This document shows positions 57,261 to 64,000 of a DNA stretch of 64,000 nt, piece by piece (positions within the stretch are counted from its first letter, which is position 1; every line of letters begins with the position of its first letter). The position numbers were made by a program, and so were the translations under genes. The notes beneath the pieces were generated by a model. It had not been told where the DNA came from. It worked only from the letters and a program-made list of their open reading frames with translations, and did no database searches. Source of the stretch: Candidatus Eiseniibacteriota bacterium (GTDB lineage: Bacteria > Eisenbacteria > RBG-16-71-46 > DASYSL01); the NCBI GenBank assembly GCA_031431875.1, contig JANPEF010000153.1, positions 1 through 64,000 on the forward strand. The letters are read 5' to 3'.

Positions 57261-59987
57261 TCAGCGGATGAGCACGAAGCTCCCGCGTTGGGTCGCCCCC
57301 CCGCCCGCGACCGAGAAGAGGTAGATGCCGCTGGTCACGTCCTGCCCGTTGCGCGAGATCAGGTTCCACGACGCCTGGCCGTCCTCGGGGGTCTCGACCT
57401 GCGGCTTCCCGTTGGTCTGCAGGTCGGTCGGCCGAATGGTCTGCACCAGGTCACCCGCGACGGTGAAGATGCGCAGCGTCCACGCACCCGGTGGCAGGTT
57501 CAGGAAATCGACGTGCGTGCCGGTGGGGTCGGTCGGGCTGGGCTCGAGGTCCCACGACGCGCCGCCGCGATACGGGTTCGGCACGACGAACACCTTCTTC
57601 TCCGTGCCACCCGAGGCGGTGGCGGCGCCGGCCTGCGGCGCCACGCCGTCGGCCTCGCGCGCGACACGCGCGCTCTCGCGTCGGCGCAGCGTCCCCGCCG
57701 ATCCGTCGGCGCCGGGCGCCCCGGTCGAGTCGACGGCGGTGACGGCGTAGAAGTAGGTGAAACCGTTCGCCACCTCGGGATCCTCGTAGCGATAGCGGCC
57801 GACGGGATAGTGCGGAACGCGCGCATCGGCCGTGACGCGCACGCAGCGGCACGTCGGGTCGTAGGCGTCGCGTCGCCCGACCGAGACGATCGTGTCGCCA
57901 CTTGCCGGATCGGTCAGCGGCGCGATGTCGGCGGGCACGAGGCGCAGACCCGACTCGCGATCGAGCAGCACCGGCGCGATCGGGCGCACGCCGTCGAGCA
58001 CTCCGTCGAAGTCCGTGTCCGTCGAATCCCACAATGGCGCGTACGGATCGAACACCGCCAGGTCCGCGAGCAACTCCCACTGGTCTTCGGCCGGGCCGGT
58101 CGTCCCGCGCGGGCGTGTCCAGCCGGCGGCGCGGTATACCCGGTAGCCGCGCACGTCGAACTTGCCCGCGTTCGGATCGAGGCCCGCATTCGTGCGATCA
58201 CCGACGTATTCGCTCGCGTTGTCCCACTCGATCGTCACCTTGCGATTGCCCGGCGTGGTCCGCACGTTCGGGCCCTGGGGCGGCAGCTCGATGCGCCAGC
58301 GCCGCGGCAGCTTGCCCTTCACGCCCGTGCAGTAGTCGCAGTTGTCGAAGTTCGCCCAGAAGATCTCGTGGTCGGTGACCGTGCGGCCCGTGCCCGTCGA
58401 GTCGGCGTTGAAGTGACAGTCCTCGACCACGATCTCGGTTCCCCGGGGCGCGGTGACGGGCGTCTCGCGGCCGTTCTCGGGTGGCACGGGCGTGCCTGGC
58501 GGGGGCGTCTCGTAGCGTCCGCGGTAGGCCTTCTGGATGGCGAGCGCGCCGTCGTACACCGCACCGTAGCGCGCACGGTTCGGCACCGAGGGATTGGCCG
58601 GATCGCGCGCCGGTGCGCTGTGATCGACCGGGAAGACGCTGAGCGCGACGGTGGCGAACACGCGTTGCCCGGGGACCAGGCGGGGGAACGGCCCGATCGA
58701 GACCAGCGCGGTCCAGTCGGCGACGCGCCGGCCGTCGGGACTCTCCGGGTCGAGGCAGATGCCACGGCGGCACGGGCCTCCGGCGAGCGCGTCGTAACGC
58801 TCGAGGTCCACCGAGGGTGGTCCGCCCTGCGTGAACGGGATCCCGGGAAGGAAGAACTGCTTCGCGCGGAAGGCAATCGTCCGCGGGGCGGTGCCGAACT
58901 CGAGGTCGGTCGTGTGATCGAGCAACAGGAACGTGCTCGCGCCCGGCGAGAGCCCGCCGTCGCCATCGTCGTCGATCACCGTGAAGCCGCGGGTCGAGAT
59001 CGAGCTGCGCACGCAGAAGCCTCCGGTGTGGTTGGGATCGGTGCGCGGATCGTAGCGCGGGTCCTCGCGGTCGATGACCTCGGTCAGCGTCTGGTTCGGC
59101 ACGGCGGGCTCGATCCTGTCGTCGCGCCAGTAGCCCTCGCGCGCCAGCGGCCCCACGTCGGGATCGACGAAGAAACCGACGTACACCGAGTCCAGGACCG
59201 CGGTCCCCGCGTTCGTGATCTCGTAGGTGACCGCCGCGGCGTCCTCGACGTCGGGTCCGGTGAACGAGTGCACCGTCTGGCGCACGCGCAGCCCGAGGGG
59301 CAGGTGTTGCTCGGCGAAGTTCGCGTTGGTCGCCTGCGGCGTGTCGTCGCTCATGGAAAACGTGTACGTGCGCTGGCCGATCGCGGCGTAGTCCTCGTCG
59401 ATCGCGCCGTCGCCGTCGTCGTCGCGCCCGTCGAGGAACTCCTCGTCGTAGCGCCCGTCTCCGTCGTCGTCGACCTCACGCAGGCCCTGCGGAGTGCCTT
59501 CGTACGATTCGTAGATGCGGTCCACCGGGTCGAGCGTCGGCGGCCGCCACTCGGTCGCCTGGCTCACGCGGTAGCGACGGCCGGCGTCGGCCTCGCCGGG
59601 TCGGACGGCGCCGACCCACAGCCCCCAGTAATAGAGGTACTCGACGCCCGACGGGCCCGGCCACTGGGCCGCGGGGTCGGACGACAGCGCGGGGTAGGCG
59701 TTTCCCATGACGCCGATGTTCGTGGCCTTCATCCACAGGCGGCCGGCCGAGGTGATGCGGCCGGGACCGCCGATCTCGGGCACCGCGTGCGGATGCAAGG
59801 GCGTGCGCTGGCGCGGTGCGTCGCCGGCCGTCGGGGCGGGGCCCGGCGGGATCGCGGGCACCATCGCGGGCAGGCCGTCGAGACCGCGGCCGCGCGCGAG
59901 CCCGACCGGGAGCCCCATGGCGAGCCCGACTCCGGCCGCGAGCACCACAAGGAATCCGCCGAGGCGCGCCCCGGGCGAACACCTCAC
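57261..59987 (-). CDS. Large secreted protein with Asp-rich Ca-binding motifs, Fn3-like region and T9SS/FlgD-Ig-like C-terminal domain
   Basis: GTGA overlap start; signal-like N-terminus; DDDGDG..DEE repeats; YFYAVTAVD; C-terminus VVPNPY..FLNLP..IFTVAGDLV..WNL..SGIYLF; 908 aa. Confidence 0.78.
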   Translation of the reverse strand: MRCSPGARLGGFLVVLAAGVGLAMGLPVGLARGRGLDGLPAMVPAIPPGPAPTAGDAPRQRTPLHPHAVPEIGGPGRITSAGRLWMKATNIGVMGNAYPALSSDPAAQWPGPSGVEYLYYWGLWVGAVRPGEADAGRRYRVSQATEWRPPTLDPVDRIYESYEGTPQGLREVDDDGDGRYDEEFLDGRDDDGDGAIDEDYAAIGQRTYTFSMSDDTPQATNANFAEQHLPLGLRVRQTVHSFTGPDVEDAAAVTYEITNAGTAVLDSVYVGFFVDPDVGPLAREGYWRDDRIEPAVPNQTLTEVIDREDPRYDPRTDPNHTGGFCVRSSISTRGFTVIDDDGDGGLSPGASTFLLLDHTTDLEFGTAPRTIAFRAKQFFLPGIPFTQGGPPSVDLERYDALAGGPCRRGICLDPESPDGRRVADWTALVSIGPFPRLVPGQRVFATVALSVFPVDHSAPARDPANPSVPNRARYGAVYDGALAIQKAYRGRYETPPPGTPVPPENGRETPVTAPRGTEIVVEDCHFNADSTGTGRTVTDHEIFWANFDNCDYCTGVKGKLPRRWRIELPPQGPNVRTTPGNRKVTIEWDNASEYVGDRTNAGLDPNAGKFDVRGYRVYRAAGWTRPRGTTGPAEDQWELLADLAVFDPYAPLWDSTDTDFDGVLDGVRPIAPVLLDRESGLRLVPADIAPLTDPASGDTIVSVGRRDAYDPTCRCVRVTADARVPHYPVGRYRYEDPEVANGFTYFYAVTAVDSTGAPGADGSAGTLRRRESARVAREADGVAPQAGAATASGGTEKKVFVVPNPYRGGASWDLEPSPTDPTGTHVDFLNLPPGAWTLRIFTVAGDLVQTIRPTDLQTNGKPQVETPEDGQASWNLISRNGQDVTSGIYLFSVAGGGATQRGSFVLIR

Positions 59988-62296
59988 CGCGACGCCCCCG
60001 GGCCCCGTCGTTCGCCTGCGGGCAGGGGCTCGACGCCGAGCACGCGCATGACCGCGCGCACCGCGACGCGCGCCTCGTCGTGGTGGAACGAGTGCAGTGG
60101 GAAGCCGAACCACACCACCTCGCCGTGCTCGCTGCCGTAGTAGTGGATCGCGTTCGGCCGGCCGTCGCTCAGGGCGCCCGGGCCGACGCCGCTGTAGTCG
60201 CGGGCCTGCAGCAGATAGAGCGTGTCGAGCACCGCGCGCTGGCCGGCGCCCGTGCCCTCGGTGATCACGTTGGGCTTCGAGACGTACCAGGTCTGGTTGA
60301 TCGAGCGCTGGTTCACGTCGGGATTCGCGCCGCGGAACGTGTCGAGCGTGAGCTGCGGCAGGTCGGACCAGCGCACCGCGGTGCGCTCGGCGCCCGGTCC
60401 GATGCGCGGGTCGTGGGCGCGGTCGGTGTCGCTCGCCGGCCCGCGGAAGGCGGGCAGGAAGGGGATCGCGCCGCGCAGCTGCTCGAGACGCGTGAACGAG
60501 ATCGACGCCGTTCCCGCCGTGTTCAGCTCGGAGCGCAGGTGCAGGAAGTCGTGGAGGAAGCTGCCCTGGCGCAGCACGTACTGGCGCGCATTTGCCGGCG
60601 AGTTGGTGTACGGGATGTACGGCGCCGGCGGGAGGAACCCGTAGCCGATGCAAGCCGGCGCGCCCTCGCCGAACATGAACAGCTTGCCGCCCTGGCGCAG
60701 GTATGCCGCGAGCGTGTTGAGCCGCCCGCTGGTGTTGATCTGGACGAGCGCGTTGTTCTGTCCCGAGGCGCGATGGTCGGCATACCACGCGACGACGCGG
60801 TAGCGCCCCAGGCGCTCGAGCGTGATGTCGTTCAGTTGTGCCGAGCGCCAGTCGAGCGTGTCGCAAGGCAGCCCGGCAAACGCGCCGGGCACGCTCGTCC
60901 CGCCGACCAGGCGGTCGGGGAAGCCGCCGACGGCGAAGTGGAACGTGTCCTGCTCCGCTTCGGTCGGATAGGGGTTCGCCGGCGAGTAGGAGAGCGTTCC
61001 ATCCATGTCGTCGATGACCAGCAGCGGGTTCTCGAAGGTCGGCCGGATCACGTTCATGCGCAGCGTGAACAGCGACACGAACCCGAGGTCGTCGCGCGCC
61101 TCGACGTACATGAAGTGAGTCCGTGTCGTGTCGGCGCTGCCCGCGAAGGGACCGACGCCGGCGGTCGTCTCGGCGAGCGACCACGTGCTCCAGCGGTGGA
61201 TGTCGAAGTCGTCGGCGCGCGGCGTCTCGTCGGTGATGTCGCCGCCGACGAGATCGAGCGCCCAGCGGTAGCCCGTGATCGTCGAGCCCGTGTTCGCCTG
61301 GCCCGACCAGCGGAAGCCGACGCTGACGCCCTCGGGCACTTCGATCGTCGGGATGCGCGACGGATCGAGGCTGATCCCGCCGGTCGTCTGCGTGCGGCTG
61401 AAGAACTCGTTGGCCAGCGTGATGCGCGGTCCCAGGTTCTTGAGCTGCGGGCGGAACAGCAGGACGTTGGCGTCGCGCAGGAAACGCTGCGTCGTCGCGC
61501 CCGCGCCGTCGATGGCGACGACGGCGAACACGTGCAGCGCGTCGACGGACAGTCCCGCATAGGCGCGCGACACCGTGGTCGCGTCGTAGGTCTCCCAGCC
61601 GACGAAACCCGTCAGCGCCTCGCGCGCGAAGTACTCCTGGAGCCGGGCGGCGGTGACGAGTTCGGGCTGGGTCGGGCGGATCGCCGTGGCGAGCACGAGG
61701 CGGCCGCGGTAGCCGACCGGCCCGGCGCCGTCGATCGCATCCGAGTCGACGCCCCGCCAGCGAATCGTCACCGACGTGCGCGTCGAAGTGGGCTGCTGGC
61801 GGTTCGGGATCGGCGCCGTGATGAACGCCTCGGGCGACACCGTGCGCGAGGTGAACGAGCGCGAGACCCGCGGTGAGGCGTCGCCGGCGCCGTCGATCGC
61901 GCGCAGCACGAAGGTGTGGGCGTCGCGCGAGTAAGCCACCGTGCCGGCCAGTGGCACGGGGCTCGACGGCGTGGTCGAGGGCAGCGCGAGGTTGAGCGTG
62001 AACTCCTTCGTCGCGATCCACGCCGTGTCGGTGTCGGGCAGGGGATCGAGCGCGTACTCGAAGCGCTCGATGCGTCCGTCCGGATCGTAGCCGGACCACG
62101 AGAGGTCGACCTGGTAGCTCGTCTCGCTGAGCGGGCGGGGCGCCGCGGTGAGTCGCACCTCGGGCCGCAGGTTGGGCAACGCGGTGCCCCCCGGATCCGA
62201 TCCACAGCCCGGAGCGGCGACGACGACCGCGGCCAGGGCGGCGGCGGTCCACAGGAGTGCAAGGGTCGAGAGGGTCGGGCGCGCGGTGTCCGGCAT
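59984..62296 (-). CDS. Large lipoprotein with three beta-sandwich repeats and a C-terminal alpha/beta domain
   Basis: Lipobox-like AAPG-C; repeats W.G.D.D..HTFVLRAID, HVFAVVAID and HFMYVEARD; YLRQGGKL and VVWFGFPL. Confidence 0.75.
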   Translation of the reverse strand: MPDTARPTLSTLALLWTAAALAAVVVAAPGCGSDPGGTALPNLRPEVRLTAAPRPLSETSYQVDLSWSGYDPDGRIERFEYALDPLPDTDTAWIATKEFTLNLALPSTTPSSPVPLAGTVAYSRDAHTFVLRAIDGAGDASPRVSRSFTSRTVSPEAFITAPIPNRQQPTSTRTSVTIRWRGVDSDAIDGAGPVGYRGRLVLATAIRPTQPELVTAARLQEYFAREALTGFVGWETYDATTVSRAYAGLSVDALHVFAVVAIDGAGATTQRFLRDANVLLFRPQLKNLGPRITLANEFFSRTQTTGGISLDPSRIPTIEVPEGVSVGFRWSGQANTGSTITGYRWALDLVGGDITDETPRADDFDIHRWSTWSLAETTAGVGPFAGSADTTRTHFMYVEARDDLGFVSLFTLRMNVIRPTFENPLLVIDDMDGTLSYSPANPYPTEAEQDTFHFAVGGFPDRLVGGTSVPGAFAGLPCDTLDWRSAQLNDITLERLGRYRVVAWYADHRASGQNNALVQINTSGRLNTLAAYLRQGGKLFMFGEGAPACIGYGFLPPAPYIPYTNSPANARQYVLRQGSFLHDFLHLRSELNTAGTASISFTRLEQLRGAIPFLPAFRGPASDTDRAHDPRIGPGAERTAVRWSDLPQLTLDTFRGANPDVNQRSINQTWYVSKPNVITEGTGAGQRAVLDTLYLLQARDYSGVGPGALSDGRPNAIHYYGSEHGEVVWFGFPLHSFHHDEARVAVRAVMRVLGVEPLPAGERRGPGASR

Positions 62297-62307
62297 GGCG
62301 ATTCATC

Positions 62308-62347
62308 AGTCTAGCACGCCGATCGGGGGACTGGGCTGTGCTAACGT
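62308..62347. promoter_or_regulatory. Divergent extended -10 promoters
   Basis: Minus strand: TG-c-TAGACT (62316-62308), 11 nt before ATG 62296. Plus strand: TG-c-TAACGT (62339-62347), 9 nt before ATG 62357. Confidence 0.6.
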
Positions 62348-62356
62348 GATGCGGCC

Positions 62357-64000
62357 ATGCCCGTTCCCGCACTCCACCGGACCCTTCGCCCCGAGCGAAC
62401 CACGCCCGTCCAGTTCCTCCCCGGCGTCGGGCCACGCCGTGCGGCGCTCCTCGAGAAGCTGGGCGTGCGGATTCTCGACGACCTGCTCCTGCACGTTCCA
62501 CGCGAGTACCTCGACGCGCGCCAGGTGCGGCCGATTGCGAGCCTCCGGCCGGACGAACTGGTGACCGTCGTCGGCGTGGTCCAGGGGCACGAGCTCCGCA
62601 GCGCGCGGGGCCGCTCGGACCTGCGCCTGCGCGTGGTCGACGCGAGCGGAGTCCTCGGCGTCATCTTCTTCGGTCAGGGATTCCTCGCCCGGGCGCTGCC
62701 CGATGGCGCGACCGTGGCGCTCATCGGCCAGCTCACTCCGGGGCCGGGACGCACGTTCGCCAACCCGCTGTTCGAGGTCCTGCCCGACGATGCGACCGCG
62801 CAACTGGCCGCCGGCCGCATCGTGCCGCGGCACGCCCTCACCGCCGGCATCTCGGGGCGACAGCTGCGCGCGTGGATCCGCGCCGCGCTCGACGCGACCG
62901 CCGAGGATCTCGCCGCCGCCGAGCCGCTGCCCGCGCCGTTGCGCGCGCGGCTCGAGCTGCCCGGCCTTGCCGCCGCCCTCGAAGCGGTGCACTTCCCGCC
63001 CGACCTCGTCGCCGCCGAGCGCGCCCGTCGCCGCCTCGCGTTCGACGAGCTGCTCGCCGTGCAGCTGGTGCTCGCGGTGCGGCGCCGGGCGCGCGAGGAG
63101 AGCGGCGTCGGGCTCGTCACCGCGCGCGGGGTGGCGCGCGCCAGGGCCGCGATCGCGGCGTTGCCGTTCGCGCCCACCGGGGCGCAGAAGCGTGCCGTCA
63201 ACGAGATCGTCCGCGACATGCGGGAGCCGCGCTCGATGCACCGCCTGCTGGTGGGGGACGTGGGCACGGGCAAGACCGCGGTCGCGCTGCTGGCCGCGGC
63301 CTGCGCGGCCGAGGCCGGCTTCCAGGTCGCGTTCATGGCGCCGACCGAGATCCTGGCCGAGCAGCACTTCCGCACTCTCGGTGCGCTGGGTGCGGCGGCC
63401 GGGCTGGTCGTCGCACGCTGGACCGGTTCGACCGGCGCGGCCGAGCGGCGGGAGCTCAAGAAGCGCCTCGCGCTCGCGCCCGACGATCCGCATCGCGTCG
63501 ACGTGCTGGTGGGCACGCACGCACTGCTCGAGCCCGAGGTGCCGCTGCCACGCCTGGGCCTGGTCGTCGTCGACGAGCAGCATCGCTTCGGCGTGCGTCA
63601 GCGCGCCGCGCTCGCGGGCAAGGGCACGGGCTTTCCCGACGTGCTCGTCATGACGGCGACGCCGATCCCGCGCACGCTCGCGCTGGCGCTGTTCGGCGAC
63701 CTCGACGTGACCGTGCTCGACGAGCGGCCGGCCGGGCGCCAGCCGATCGGGACGCGCGTCGTCGACGAGGCGCGGCGCGAGGATCTGTACACGTTTCTCG
63801 CCGCCGAGTTGGCCCGCGGTCGCCAGGCCTACGTCGTCTACCCGTTGGTCGAGGAGAGCGAAAAGAGCGAGTTGCGCGCGGCGACCGCGATGATCGCGAA
63901 CCTGGCGCAGCACCCCACGCTGGCCGCGTTTCGCTGGGCGCTGCTGCACGGCCGCATGAAGCCCGCCGAGAAGGATGCGGTGATGAAGGAGTTCGCGGCG
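62357..64000 (+). CDS. recG: ATP-dependent DNA helicase RecG (3' end beyond window)
   Basis: Translated by hand: LPGVGP, RRRLAFDEL, RLLVGDVGTGKT, MAPTEILAEQH, VGTHAL, DEQHRFGV, MTATPIPRTL, LLHGRM. Confidence 0.96.
   Translation, partial: MPVPALHRTLRPERTTPVQFLPGVGPRRAALLEKLGVRILDDLLLHVPREYLDARQVRPIASLRPDELVTVVGVVQGHELRSARGRSDLRLRVVDASGVLGVIFFGQGFLARALPDGATVALIGQLTPGPGRTFANPLFEVLPDDATAQLAAGRIVPRHALTAGISGRQLRAWIRAALDATAEDLAAAEPLPAPLRARLELPGLAAALEAVHFPPDLVAAERARRRLAFDELLAVQLVLAVRRRAREESGVGLVTARGVARARAAIAALPFAPTGAQKRAVNEIVRDMREPRSMHRLLVGDVGTGKTAVALLAAACAAEAGFQVAFMAPTEILAEQHFRTLGALGAAAGLVVARWTGSTGAAERRELKKRLALAPDDPHRVDVLVGTHALLEPEVPLPRLGLVVVDEQHRFGVRQRAALAGKGTGFPDVLVMTATPIPRTLALALFGDLDVTVLDERPAGRQPIGTRVVDEARREDLYTFLAAELARGRQAYVVYPLVEESEKSELRAATAMIANLAQHPTLAAFRWALLHGRMKPAEKDAVMKEFAA

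Noticed and set aside
57261..62501. 1746-aa ORF as a single giant protein
   Set aside because: The part above 59987 is an Arg-rich off-frame reading of the 59984-62296 lipoprotein; the real gene starts at the GTGA overlap.
1..64000. rRNA, tRNA, transposase, integrase, prophage or defence genes
   Set aside because: None recognised; nearly all sequence is accounted for by CDSs and short spacers.

Overview
High-GC, gene-dense bacterial chromosome segment. The gene content suggests an FCB-related candidate lineage such as Ca. Eisenbacteria (inference only). In order it holds: (1) the riboflavin operon ribD-ribE-ribBA-ribH-nusB plus a metallophosphoesterase (to 4993); (2) a 21-gene, mostly translationally coupled surface-glycosylation operon (5119-33063) with a TMEM260/DUF2723-like enzyme and three more GT-C-type membrane proteins, two polyprenyl-phosphate sugar synthases, HddA/HddC-like heptose activation, a flippase, AsnB-like and FemAB/GNAT-like modifiers, methyltransferases, and an embedded PorZ-like propeller protein with a T9SS/FlgD-Ig-type C-terminal domain; (3) two minus-strand genes (SAM methyltransferase, DUF2087-PhhB fusion); (4) the dcw cluster mraZ to ftsZ, lacking murB and ddl and followed by a TPR gene; (5) a second AftB-like GT-C gene, an AIM24-family gene with two tandem paralogous lipoproteins, rpmB, a lipoprotein/CTD-bearing secreted protein pair, and the 5' part of recG. 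I saw no rRNA, tRNA, CRISPR array or mobile element. The best candidate for an undescribed system is the glycan operon coupled to a T9SS-like sorting/anchoring component. Family assignments come from motif recognition by eye, not from database searches.
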